NCBI RefSeq assembly: GCF_009914755.1
Contig: NC_060928.1
Origin: the human T2T-CHM13v2.0 reference genome, Homo sapiens
Length of the DNA stretch: 64,000 nt
Reading direction: 5' to 3' (one strand)
Positions within the stretch are counted from its first letter, which is position 1; the number at the start of each line of letters is the position of its first letter. Of the stretch, positions 1 to 13,482 are shown one piece after another. The notes beneath the pieces were generated by a model, which was not told where the DNA came from, searched no databases, and saw only the letters and a list, made by a program, of their open reading frames with translations. The translations under genes and the position numbers were made by a program.

Positions 1-847
1 ACCCCATCAAAAAGTGGGGAAAGGATATGAACAGACACTTCTCAAAAGAGACGTTTATGCAGCCAAAAGACACATGAAAAAATGTTTATCATCACTGGCC
101 ATCAGAGAAATGCAAATCAAAACCACAATGAGATACCATCTCACACCAGTTACAATGGCGATCATTAAAAAGTCAGGAAACAACAGGTGCTGGAGAGGAT
201 GTGGAGAAATAGGAACACTTCTACACTGTTGGTGGGACTGTAAACTAGTTCAACCATTGTGGAAGTCAGTGTGGCGATTCCTCAGGGATCTAGAACTAGA
301 AATACCATTTGACCCAGCCATCCCATTACTGGGTATATACCCAAAGGATTATAAATCATGCTGCTATAAAGACACATGTGCACGTATGTTTATTGCGGCA
401 CTATTCACAATAGCAAAGACTTGGAACCAACCCAAATGTCCAACAATGATAGACTGGATTAAGAAAATGTGGCACATATACACCATGGAATACTATGCAG
501 CCACAAAAAGGATGAGTTCCTGTCCTTTGTAGGGACATGGATGAAGCTGGAAACCATCATTCTCAGCAAACTATCACAAGGACAAAAAACCAAACACTGC
601 ATGTTCTCACTCATAGGTGGGAATTGAACAATGAGAACACATGGACACAGGAAGGGGAACATCACACACCGGGGCTTGTTGTGGGGTGGGGGGAAGGGGG
701 AGGGATAGCATTTGGAGATATACCTAATGTTAAATGACAAGTTACTGGGTTCAGCACACCAACATGGCACATGTATACATATGTAACTCACCTGCACAAT
801 GTGCACATGTACCCTAAAACTTAAAGTATAATAAAAAAGGAAAAAAA
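1..847 (+). mobile_element. L1PA (hominoid-type, ~L1PA3/4) 3' end: frameshifted ORF2 C-terminus, 3'UTR and A-tail; continues upstream of the window
   Basis: ORF 14-532 matches L1 ORF2p C-terminus including the CCHC motif [18 protein letters not shown]. The reading frame departs from ORF2p near ~50 and ~505 (apparent 1-bp deletions). The G-rich 3'UTR ends ...ACCCTAAAACTTAAAGTATAAT followed by an A-tail. Confidence 0.97.
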
Positions 848-988
848 TGTATTGCTCCATAGATAGATAGATAGATGCATGTGTGCATGCATATGCATGT
901 GGTAGCATTCAGCTAGTAGGAAAGAGAGTTGAGATCTAGTCAATCTGACTTCAGTTGCCTACTCGTCATCATTGACAGTTATACTATA

Positions 989-1366
989 TGTATTAGTCCG
1001 TTCTCATGCTGCTAATGAAGACATCCCCATGATGGGGTGATTTATAAAGGAAGGAGGTTTAATTGACTCACAGTTCAGCATAGCTGGGAAGGCCCCAGAA
1101 ATTTACAGTCATGGTGGAAGGTAAAGGGGAAGCAAGGCACCTTCTTCACAAGGTGACAGGAAGGAGAAGAGCAAGCAGGAGAAATGCCAGACGCTTATGA
1201 AACCATCCGATCTCTTGACACTCACTTTTTATCACCAGAAAAGCATGGGGGAAACCAATCCCATGATTCAATTACTTCCACCTGGTCCTTCCCTTGACAA
1301 GTAGGGTATATAGGGATTACAATTCAAGGTGAGATTTGGGTGGGGACACAGAGCCAGACCATATCA
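989..1366 (-). mobile_element. THE1 (MaLR) solo LTR, THE1C/D-like
   Basis: Termini TGTATTAGTCCGTTCTC...GGGGACACAGAGCCAGACCATATCA; 5-bp TSD ctata/ctaca. Confidence 0.93.
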
Positions 1367-2224
1367 CTACACTAACCCTTCATAGTTGGAAGTATTTTTT
1401 TCTAATTAAAGATATAAATAGCATTTTTAAATCTGAATGACTAATATAAAATATGCCCATACTTGCTAAATGAAGGAGGTTTTCTTATTGATTGAAATAT
1501 CAAAATAAGATTTTAAAAATAAAATGAAATAAAAAAGGGAGAATATAAGAGACTCACCATTGACTTTGAGTCTCTTCCTTCATGTAACTCACAGGCTCCC
1601 AAAGCTCTTATCCAAGATAGGGGTGAGTTACCCATCGGGACTGGAGAGGAAAAGGAGAAAGTGAAAGGAGATATGTAATAAGATAGAAGGGGATTCAGGA
1701 ACTTTGCATAATATTTTAGATAACTAACTATATGTTTTTGCATGCTGTAAATATCAGTGACCTGGGGCAAACTCATGTTCACTTTAGCTTTGTTGTTAAA
1801 TTGGTTTGTGACATTTTGATAGCTGCCTGGCTTATTAGTGCTTCTGTTATTCTTGTTATCCAGTCACACAGAGTCTGATGCAATTGACCCTGTTGTAATT
1901 CTCAGACTTAAACCAGAGTACACAGTTTTGTTTTACTCTTATTCTTATTAGGGAGAAAAATAAGTCAAGGAAAATAAAGAACTGACATGGTATAAATAAA
2001 AGACACTATTCCTTATTTCATAAATTGTTAATGATTAAAAAATAACAAATAGAGAAGTGTCAAGTGTCATTATATCACCATAGGATTTCAATAAATTCAA
2101 GATTTTATCTTCCTCTCTGATCTTTATTAGATCCACTTCAAAATTTATTCAATTATTTTCCTCCATTCTACCTATCAAGTACCTAATCTGATAAAATAAT
2201 TCAAAGAGCTTGAGGTGTGGCATG

Positions 2225-2550
2225 CTCGTTAATTCACTAAGTATTTACAGAGAATCTGCTATGTGCCAGACACTGGAAAAATCCTAGGGCATACAGTTGT
2301 GAAACAAACAAATCTGTTTTTATTTTCATTGGATGATAACCTAAGTTTTTGGATATGAGAAGGAAGCAGAAAAATTGAGTGTTTAAGAACTCAAGCTCTG
2401 AAATCAGCCTGCCTAGTTCAAATCCAATCTCCAACTTTTACCAACATTATACTTTAGGTAACCTACTTAGCCTCTCTATAAATATTCTATGTATTCATTA
2501 AGTAGGAATAATATTAGCTAACTCACTGGGTTGTCTAAGAATACAATTTG
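2225..2550. mobile_element. Ancient L2 and MIR fragments
   Basis: L2-like minus-strand 3' end (attcactaagtatttacagagaatctgctatgtgccagacactg) followed by MIR-like sequence (gtttaagaactcaagctctgaaatcagcctgcctagttcaaatcc). Confidence 0.6.
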
Positions 2551-2551
2551 A

Positions 2552-3530
<979 letters not shown>

Positions 3531-4050
3531 AGTTAGATTAAGAAAGTTTGCACATGTAAAATACTTAGAATCATGCTTTAGTATTGTGCAAATAGTAAAT
3601 GATCCGTAAATGTTAGTTTTATAACTTATTACAGTGAACATTTTTACCAGGGCCTCCAACTTAGTCATTAGAGGAGATAATTTGGAATAAAGACCCTTTG
3701 CTAGTCCTCCGCAAAGCTGTCTTTATAAAAAAAACAAAACAAAACCAAAAAACCCTGGATCCTGTGATTGGAGGCAAGAAGTCCTGTTGATGTGTGGATC
3801 TGAATAGAGATTTTCAGAAAAAGATTGTTATCTTGTGATGCCTGCTAGTAATACTCATCTGGACATTGCAGAATTGTGGAGAGAAATACAAATTATGGAT
3901 CACAGACAGAGATTTTAGCCAAGCTCTAAAGAACAGCTTACCATTATCAACTGCTTAGTTTGAAATAGTTACTCTTAAAAGCACTTCATGGCAATTAAAT
4001 TGTTTCATACTCACAATATGGCCCTGGTAGTTTTAGTATTTTAAACATTT

Positions 4051-4488
4051 TGTGGAAGTTGTCAGAGTCAAAATAAATTCACTTGTGTTAACAGCAATAC
4101 AAAACAAAAACCCAAAAAACAGAGCCAGAGAAGGCCATGAAGGATTATCATGCATGAATGCCTAGTAACAAAAACAATCACAAAAGACTACAAAAACCAC
4201 AACCTTGCACAAAGGCCATCACTACCTTACACACCAAAAAACTGCTCAGCAACTGCTAGTCCAACTTTGGACTGATGCCACCTTTTTTTTTGTTCCTTGC
4301 CACCAAGGATAATTATCTCAAAACAATTAGGTAATACTCTATTTTTCCTGAAAAAACCTTTGTTTTCCTTTACCTCCCTGAATACACACATAGTTTACTA
4401 TGACACCAGTGTTCCCATTGTAACACCTATTCCCAAATAAACAACATTTTCTTTGAGAAATTCTCGCTCTTCATTATTTAGATCAATG
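4051..4488 (+). mobile_element. ERV1 (MER4-group, LTR54/MER72-like) solo LTR
   Basis: Starts TGTGGAAGTTGTCAGAGTCAAAAT, has internal AAAACCACAACCTTGCACAAAGGCC and an AATAAA near the 3' end; 4-bp TSD attt/attt. Subfamily unresolved. Confidence 0.75.
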
Positions 4489-6589
4489 ATTTCATAAATT
4501 AGAGAATGCAGGCATAAAGAAGTAAAAGGAATTACTTAAGTTCTCACAGATAGAGGCAGAACCAGGCTTCTAACTTAGAGAGATGGAACCAGGCTTTAAC
4601 ACCTAGATTCTGCTGCTTCTCTTTGCTTGCCAGTCCAATTAAAATCAATAAAAATCCAGAAAAATGTATGTACCATCATGCTCTCATAGAGATGTTAGAT
4701 GCTGAAAAATATGAATCACATTCCTTATGTAGAAAACATAAAACTGCTATTCTGAAAAGAAAGCTAAGACATTATAATACATTTATGCAATATCCAGAAG
4801 AAAAATTTGAGAACAGGAGAAAGACATTTCACATTCTGAAGAGATAAATTCCAAATTGTTAACAGATAATAGGTAATCACAAATGAAAAGGTATGAGAAT
4901 AAGTGCTCACTAAATGAAATACTGATATTGCATTGCTACAGTGTGGATCACTTTGGTTGTTTCACTGATAGAAAACTGGATTTTAGAACTCTCTTGGATT
5001 TTTAGGCTAATCATTTATCTAAAGTACAGACATAGTCTGGATTGATAATTAAAAAACAGAGACATTCGAACTTTAATATAAGCAAGAACTATATAATGAC
5101 CATATTTATCCAAATCCTGGTTAGTGTCTGGGAGTTAATGAGCCAAAGTTTCTAAGAGTATGCAAGCTAGGCTAGATGACCCTTTGATAAGAGTATTACA
5201 GACCTAGAGGTGGATAGACTGTTTAGCCAACTAACCTGTAGATTGCCTTATAAACCAGAAAGTCAGGGAAATAATTAATTTCCTCATTCATCAAACCTCT
5301 ATTGAGTATCTATGTATTCAGTTCTATATTTTCCTTAGTAGAAAAATAAGACGTGGCCCTTTTTGGAAGATCATGCCATCATTATAAATACAATATCTAG
5401 TGACACTAAAATTTTTCTCCCTGATTTGTGCATACCCTTAAACATCTAACAAAAACAAATAAATTATTGTGTTAACTTTTGTTTTTAGCAGAGTTAGGTG
5501 GGAGGAGATAAGTTTCACAGAAATTAAATGAGTCTAGTTCAAAATAGAAAAAAAAAACTATGAATCCTTAAAGATATGAACTCAATGCCAGCGGAAAAAG
5601 AGAAGAAAATGTATTAAGAATGTGACATCCACAATTCTGCTGCCAAACACGTGTGTGCATGAAGGAGGGCACAGACACTCTCACCTGGGCCTGAGGACTG
5701 AGGCTGCTATCTAAAACAGGGATCCATCTGCCTGTGAACAATGTCATCCCACTGTGTTTCTCTGACACTTCATTGACTGTGTAATGGCATTTGATATCGC
5801 TAAAACCTGGTTGTTGTGGAAGCACTGGTGCATTACAGCAGAGAGATGCATTGTGTATGATGAGTCATGCCCCACAAATTTGTGCTCAGTCTCTGTACGG
5901 TAAGAAAAAACATAACAAGATCAAGTAACAGAGAACTGGGGAGGGAGAAAGTTCTCATTGCAGGCACAAGTACACCGCCACTTTGTGCAAGGTAAAGAGG
6001 GCTTACACACACTCAGTTTTCCACAGAGTTCTAGTAACTTTCAATAGTACAAATCCTGGATCCGATGTTAGTCGAATAATAATTCCAATGGAGGAAAAAA
6101 TACTTTTCATCTGTGAGTCGCTTTTCAGAAGGGATAATGTCTAAACCTTGTTAGCCTCTTCCTGGTTACCCTGAGGTTTGGATGTTTGCCAAGAAGGAAG
6201 TAGAAGAATAAACATGACCAAGGCAAAGAGTTCGATGAGAAACCCTCAGAATTTTTGGAGAGAGAAGAGGAAAAACAATCTGAAACATGAGTATATCCAG
6301 AAAATCAGTTCATTTATGTAACCCAAGATGATTGGCAGATATTTTCTGGCTTTCATGAGTCAATCCTCAAACAAGAAAATGGACACACCTCAAGGGAAAA
6401 AAAAATCCTTGAAAGAAAATGTATATGTGACCTTCTTTACCCTCCCATTATTTTTAAAGGGAAAAACCATTACCTGAGACCACTGTCATGGTTTGACAAA
6501 GCAAATCTGCTTAACACTCTTCAAATTCTGTTTTCTATAGAGTGAGATACCAGCATCTTTCCAGGACATCTGTGAATCCTCTAAGATCT

Positions 6590-7280
6590 GGCCCCAGCCT
6601 CTTTTCCGTACTTCTTTCCTTCCAAAATTTCCTTCCATCTCCCCTACACTTCAGCCATATCCCTCTATGCAGGGTGCTCAAAGGAGCCTTTTCACATTTT
6701 CTCCTTTGGCACATGCTCACCTCTGAATGGCATGCCTTCCACACCTCACCCACTTGGCAAAATCTTCTCTTCTCTCAAAGCACAACTCGAATAGTCCCTC
6801 TTTATGGAAAGACATCCATGGGCAGCACCTACTCCATTTCACTTTATCGCGCACTCCACTTTTTTCACCATTTAATAAAAGCAAAGCTTTTTTTGCATTT
6901 ACTTTGGACCAGTCAAAATTACAAGACCCTTTTAATATATTAACTCACTTAATCCTAGCAACAACCCTATGGAGGAGGTACTAACAGTATCTCCATTTTA
7001 CAGGTAAGGAGACTGAGGCACAGAGAGTATAAATAATTTTCCAAAAATTGCATCACATGTACAAAATAGAGCTGGAATTTGAACTCAGTATATGCTGACT
7101 AACTAGTTCTTTGGTTTATATCCCAGTCATATATTCCATCATACTTGATTTCAAATATTTGTTGACTATTGTCTGTAGTTAAGTGTGAGTGTCTTGAGGG
7201 CAGGGTCTGAGCTACATTATGTGTATGTTGAACATCTTTTGCAGAGACTGCAGATAGCAGGTACTGGATAATAAATAATC
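6590..7280. mobile_element. L2 fragments with an embedded minus-strand MIR (~6880-7090)
   Basis: L2-like ctggccccagcctctttt...; MIR core cacttaatcctagcaacaaccctatggaggagg...ccattttacaggtaaggagactgaggcacagaga. Confidence 0.65.
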
Positions 7281-8259
7281 AGTAAACCAGCAAAGCAAGC
7301 AAGAGTAGAAGGAGTATTATATAGGTTTTGAAGTAAATAATTAAAGATGACAAATCACCCTAGAAATAGCATTTTCTGATTTGAAAACTGTTCCAATTTT
7401 GGGTTTGTGCATGCATTTTTCCCAAGTAAGGCAGAGGGCATGGTAAATGACATAACAGAATTAAGGAGGGAGCAAAGAGAAATGGAAAATAGTGATGATC
7501 TAAGAAGAGTAGGGAGAGACTCCCAGATTCAGAGAAAGACTGAATTCAGAACACACTGCTAGCCTGGAGAAGACAGAGAGTATCCCAGCGCTGGCTACAA
7601 GCTCATCTCTGTCTGATGTTAGGCTCTGATAACCACAGGTTTCAGGCAAAGGGAAGTACTGGGAGGGTTTTGTTTGAATGAGCTGATTTGCAGGTAGTCC
7701 ATAGTCGTTTGGATTGAAGGAGAAGACCAATGATTCTCTCCCTTGGGGGAGGCAAGGAAACCTTGATGACTACGTCAGGCCTCTGCCTGGCCATGAGGAC
7801 TAGATCCAAGCCATAAGGAGAGGAGGCTCCAATAGTCCTTTTACAGAGGACACTTTAAGATACTTAATACAAATATATGCTGCTTCAGGGCAGGGGTGAT
7901 AACCACTCAAATGGACAGAAGACTATTCTCCCCATTTAGTTGAAAATTAGAGTTTTACATCTGCCATTTAAGACCTGCAGGACATTGGCAATGTGTGCAT
8001 TGGAGGCACTGGCAACGTCCTCGTGTTTCCCTGAAGAAGAACCTTTCAGCAGCAATTGTACCCTCTGTAGGAAGGGATATTTCAAGAGTGTCTCTGTTTC
8101 TTCATCACCCCCTTTCTTGCAAGTCTTCCTTATTAAAAGGCTGTTATCTGCTGGATAGGAATGGTGAGAGCCTGGCATCACTTGGTTTGTGTTTACCACT
8201 ATGTACAATTTCTATACCACAAACGCAGTGGGCCACACCTTCCTGTGTATTCTTTGTTT

Positions 8260-8263
<4 letters not shown>

Positions 8264-8297
<34 letters not shown>
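8264..8297. repeat. (TG)n microsatellite
   Basis: About 17 consecutive GT units. Confidence 0.98.
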
Positions 8298-8298
<1 letters not shown>

Positions 8299-10299
8299 TT
8301 GAACTGCACATTCTTAGTGAAAAATGTGGTCATTTTGAAGTCATTTTCCATGTGTTAAGCAGACTGACCATGGCTTCCTGCTGGTCTGCTCTCTCTGTTC
8401 AAACTTCTCCACTTAAAGTTCAATGCATAATAACATCAGTCTTTCATTGGGGGATCCAGTATTTTAAATAACAGAATGATGGATGGGACCACCGCTTCAG
8501 CCTTGCGTGAAAACTGCATGTTTCAATCAAAGTATTAACAAGTTCATGATGTGTTTCCTGTTTGGCCCCTCATGGGTATTCTCCCTGTAGAATAGAACCT
8601 GGAAGGAGGGAGGGTGGTCCCGTGGCATATGGGAAGCCACAAGGAACATCAGCCGAGAGCACGTCTGTAACAGTGTGCTGGGCCTTCACATCCACACTGC
8701 AGTGAGTGTTCACAAGGGAGCTGCAGCAAGGAAGGGAACTAAGTACAGAAACTCTGGGAGGTGCGCCTGATGACAGACACGTTCACAAGCTCATGAACTG
8801 GACTCTCAAACACAAGTGAGAAGACTTTGCTGGGAACTATGTGAGCAAGCAAGGGCCAAAGTCAGCAATATATGGGTTCAGTACTGAAATTAATATCTCA
8901 TAAATAGCCAAAGACTGGTCAGGCCTGGAGAAATGCAGAGTACGTGAAAGTCAGAAGCGAGCTGAGAACAGAGTTCATGGCTAGTACTCTAAGCTGTTCT
9001 ATTCCTTCAGTGTGATTAACTTGCTATGCGAAAAGGGGGCCCTGTGTAAAGTGACCTTGAGGTCTCTTGGAAAGAGTGTGGATTTTGGAGACAGAGCTCT
9101 GACTTTAAATAGCATGTCTCCTATTAAAAGTGATGTGATCAGACGTAAATCCCTTAAATTCTCTGAGCCTCTCTTTCCTAGAGAGTATTTGAGCTGCGTC
9201 ATCACTCTCTGCCTTCAATGACCATGCTAGTAAACATGATAAAGGTAAACACTTTTTGATAAGAAATTATAATAAATAGAAAATCTACTAAACTTGAATC
9301 TTTATTTTGATTCTCTTAGAAATCATTTCAATATCACATAATACTACTAGCTCAGATCACAGACTTCAGGGAAAACATTAACAAAAAATCCTGAATGAAG
9401 GAAAAATGATTTGGGGAGAATTACCGCTGGGCTACTTTTAAGTTATGAAACTGGGGTGAAGTTAGACAAACTCTCTGAAACTCAGTTCTCTCATCTGTAA
9501 CATCAGACAAATAATGCATATATTAAAATCTTGAATTTCATGACCTAGCCTCATCTCAGCAAAAAATTAGCAATAACTTTGTGTAGCTCAAGCCTTAATT
9601 TCTGCTTCTGAATGAAGGGGATAGAAATATCCAAAGGCAACATCTAGTTATAGCATTTGATAGGATCAAGAATAAAGATTTTTCTTTTCTGCAAGTGATT
9701 TAATCTGGTTTACCCAGTGGGAAAGCTCTAAAGGCTATCATTTTGTTTTCCTTAGTTGAAGCTATTAACTGTAATTGCTTTTGTTAATAATACTTTACTT
9801 ATTATAATCAAAGTTCAATTTTTGCACTTATACCCTGGGGCCAGTTTGCAGAGGCACAATTTATAAATGGATGAAAAACAATTAATAACAACAAGAAAAA
9901 CCATTAATGATCCTATCAACAAAGTGCTACGTAATCTCCAATTGCAAAATCTTGCACAACATATAAAATAGAACACACAACCTCAGCTAGTGCTGTGGGC
10001 TTTCCCAGTAATGACCAGAGTATTTCAATAGCAGAAAAATAATGCCTCTGAGGGCACGCTCCTCCTGGGCTTAACAGGGGATGTTTCTATTAATCTACTG
10101 AAGGTCAGATGCAGCCTATTATAGTTCCTGTGGGGTGTGAGCCTTCAAAGAGCTAAACTACAATAATTTAAAAAGAAAAATATTCCATCATCTCTCCTCC
10201 AAAGCAATCCCCTGCTATAACCACCAAGACATTATATGATCAGGCTACTACCTCCCTCTCACACCAGCCCAGCCCCTTGCCCCTTAAATGCCCCCTTAA

Positions 10300-11220
10300 C
10301 TCTAAACTCCAGCTTTATTCCTGAAAAAAGCTGAATGTTTTTTGCCTAGAGCATTTTATTGACTTTCCCCTTTGCTGGGAATAACTTCCATGGATGCCTT
10401 CTTCTTATATTTAAATCTCAGCCCTAAGATAGGTCTCAGGTCTCCCACTAACCCCACTTCGAATGTTGCTGTCAAAAGCCCCAGTCTTTTTTTGTTGTTG
10501 TTGTTGTTGTTTGTTGTTGCTGTTGTTTGTTTGATTTTTAATTATACTTTAAGGTTTAGGGTTTGTTTATCATATCACTATTTGAAATTAATGGATTCAG
10601 TGTCTGGTTTGTCTTGCTCACTACTGTATTCCCAGTACCTTGAACAGGGTCAGAATCATAGTAAGTTCTCAATAAATATGTGTTGAATGAGTGGTCTAGT
10701 TGATGAATTAATGAATTCCCACTGGCTGCTGGACAAAACAAATAATTAGTTACTCATGCCATTTTTCTCTCTGAACAGCAGTTACCAATGACTCCTTCCT
10801 CTCTCCTCCTCTCATTCCTTCCATCCCTTCTTCTCCCTCTCCCCATAATTTAATTGCTAAAAGCACAGGCTCAAATGTCCAGCAGCCTGTGTTTGAATTT
10901 AGACTTCATTTACATGTAGGTCCATGAAGGCAATCATCGTCATTTTTTGTTCACAATATATTCCTGGGACTAGCAGAGACTAGCATCTGGTCAATAATTC
11001 TTCATTAGCAAATGAGAAAAAAAAATTGAATGAATGAATAAGTGCTTTCTACTTTTCTTCTTTCTAGCTGAGTGATGTCAGATAAGTTACTTAACCTCTT
11101 TAACTACATTTTTCATCAGGAGCAATTAAAAAATACTATTTGCCACATGGTTTTATTGCAAGGATCAAATGAGGCCAGATAGGCCCAGGGAGAGTAAGCT
11201 TTCAATAAATAGTTAAGGAT
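10300..11220 (+). mobile_element. L2 and MIR fragments, including a (TTG)n tract at ~10490-10530
   Basis: L2 3' end gttctcaataaatatgtgttgaatgagt; MIR-like gataagttacttaacctc...aggatcaaatgag. Confidence 0.6.
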
Positions 11221-11560
11221 TTATTATCAAAATGTTCTCCATTCATACTTGTAAGTACAAGCTTTGGTCCAATCATTCTGCTTGGATGTTTTTTAACCCT
11301 GCGGTCAACTATGGCCTTGCTTCCAAGGCATCATGCTTCACTGCCACAAAACTGAAGCTAGAACTCTGCAACCTCAGCCCATGAAAACAAGGCTTGGAAT
11401 GTCACTCTCCCTGGGCTCTCCAATTCACTTCCCAAGACCCTAGGTATCCCCCACTCAACACGGCCACCTTTTTGATAATGGAGATTCTTGCTTTGAATTT
11501 CTGAATTGGCATTCTCATCACATAAGATTTCTTCTTTGATGCTATGTCAGTTGGAACGAG

Positions 11561-11789
11561 TTTTATTGAATATCTGACTGGAAAGAAGTCATTAATTTAT
11601 CTACTTGCTTTTCTCATAAACCCAGATGAGGAACAAGTATCCAAAAATAAGACCAAGTATGACTTCATGTTACAATATCAACATGGGTCACTGGTGCTGA
11701 GCTGTTTGTGACTGTACACCCCATCCCATCATAGACCCGCTTACTTATACTTCAAGCCTTAGCTTAGGCATTAATCCCTTTGTGAAATT
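11561..11789 (+). repeat. Left arm of a 229-bp inverted repeat
   Basis: Reverse complement of 12545-12773; manual alignment gives 14 mismatches and no indels. Confidence 0.97.
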
Positions 11790-11910
11790 TTTAAGGTCTC
11801 ACATATTATAAGCCAAGTAGAACCCTATTCTACATATCCAGAACTTCTTATACATTATTTCATTCAACAAACTTTTTTTTTCAGAACCTACATGTACTGG
11901 GGTGCTCTGG

Positions 11911-12215
11911 TGTTTGTTTGTTTGTTTGTTTGTTTTGAGACAGAGTCTTACTCTGTCACCAGGATGGAATGCAGTGGTGCGTTCTCGGCTTACTGCAATC
12001 TCCACCTCCTGGGTTCAAGCAATTGCCTGCCACAGCCTCCTGAATAGCTGGGATTACGGGTGCGCACCACCACATCCAGCTAATTTTTTTGTATTTTAGT
12101 AGAGATGGGGTTTCACCATGTTGGCCAGGATGGTCTTGATCTTCTGACCTTGTGATCTGCCTGCCTTGGCCTCCCAAAGTGCTGGGATTACAGGCATGAG
12201 CCACTGTGCCTGGCC
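11911..12215 (-). mobile_element. Alu (AluS-like) with (TTTG)n tail, inserted in an L2 fragment
   Basis: Reverse Alu; TSD-like ctggggtgctct/ctggggtggtct. Confidence 0.95.
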
Positions 12216-12544
12216 TCTGGGGTGGTCTTTTAGACATCAGTTACATGGTAATGAAGCACAACAACAGGGATCAAAACAGGCAAAAATTTTTATCTTCAGA
12301 AATCTACATTATGATAGGAGAAAAAGACAATAAAGTAGAAAGATAAATAAGATAAAAAATGTTTTGCATAGTTTCTGAGCAGAAAGGTAAAACAAGGTAC
12401 AGAGATAGATGTCCCAGGGAGATATAATTTTATTTAGAGTGTCCTGGAAGGTCTCAGTGATTAAGGTGGCATTACAGTAAAGACCAGAAGGCAGTGAAGG
12501 GTGGGCGCTGCATATCCCTGTCTTATCACCAACTACGTCACAGT

Positions 12545-12773
12545 AATGTCACAAAAGGAATAATGCCTAAGCTAAGGCTTGAAGTGTAAGTAAGTGGGTC
12601 TATGATGGGATGGCATGTACAGTCACAAGCAGCCCAGCACCAGTGACCCATGGTGATATTGTAACATGAAGTCATACTTGGTCCTATTTTTGGATACTTG
12701 TTCCACATCTGGGTTTATGACAAAAGCAAGTAGATAAATTAATGACTTCTTTCCAGTCAGATACTCAATAAAA
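12545..12773 (-). repeat. Right arm of the 229-bp inverted repeat
   Basis: Reverse complement reads ttttattgagtatctgactggaaagaagtc...ggcattattccttttgtgacatt, matching 11561-11789. Confidence 0.97.
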
Positions 12774-13009
12774 TATTGAAAGAAGAAGAAGAAGAAAGGC
12801 CTTCCTGGTTCTTTTTCCACAATCATTTAAGTTCAACTTAAGTTCTCCAAAGGAGAGGGTCGTATCTACTCATAATGTTATCCCTGGAGCTTAGCTTAGG
12901 GTAGAGAATGTACTTTGTGTTCAACACATATTTGCGAACTCCTCTGCTGTTCTGCTGGTCACAGCCATATTACCCTTCAGGGGCCAGGCCCTGTCTCATA
13001 TTTGTGTAC

Positions 13010-13482
13010 TGTGGAAGTTGCATACACCAGAGTAAAGTCACATTTTTTCAGACCCAGCCAAAATAGGGCAAGGAAAGCTGGAAGGAGAGGAGGTCCTTAT
13101 TTACATGTAGGAGATATGAACTGTTTCCAAGGACTTTCTAAAAACCCTTCATGCATCTCCTGCTTTGATAAATTTTATCATTAGACATTCTTAGGACAGC
13201 ACTGATTCAGATCAGAAGTTTTCAGAACACTTGCCCAGTAAGGGCGTCTCCACCAATAAACAGGTCACAACTCTGGCTTTGAACCTCTGATGAACTCTGT
13301 TTCTAAGCCACTTATGTAAATTGCTATTTTAAAATTAAACTCCCCTTTACCCTTTTCTCGCTGAATACACTAGTGGTTTGCAATCCCATGCATTCCAGAT
13401 TATAATCCTTATTTCTTTTCCAGAATAAACCCAACATATTTAGAGATAATTTTCTCTAGTGTCTTTTTTTTCAAGGCTGACA
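13010..13482 (+). mobile_element. ERV1 (MER4-group) solo LTR
   Basis: TGTGGAAGTTG...AATAAA...AAGGCTGACA with TG..CA termini; TSD gtac/gtaa. The start resembles the LTR at 4051. Confidence 0.7.

Noticed and set aside
14-532. 172-aa ORF as a functional CDS
   Set aside because: It is a frameshift-bounded piece of L1 ORF2p, not an independent gene.
4555-4605. Short direct repeat gaaccaggctt x2
   Set aside because: Trivial local duplication inside a MIR-like fragment.
7995-8471. 158-aa ORF
   Set aside because: Runs through the (TG)n microsatellite (CVCVCV), with no recognisable domain or splice context.
11561-12773. Inverted repeat as terminal inverted repeats of a DNA transposon or foldback element
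   Set aside because: No TSD outside the arms, no known TIR motif, and the spacer consists of ordinary L2/Alu host sequence.
12623-12826. ORF overlapping the right arm of the inverted repeat
   Set aside because: Short, starts in a TTC repeat, and has no homology I recognise; the DNA symmetry is the real signal.
4051-13482. Two related ERV1 LTRs 9 kb apart as the ends of one provirus
   Set aside because: They share only terminal motifs, each has its own TSD-like flanks, and the interval is old L2/MIR-bearing host DNA with no gag/pol/env.
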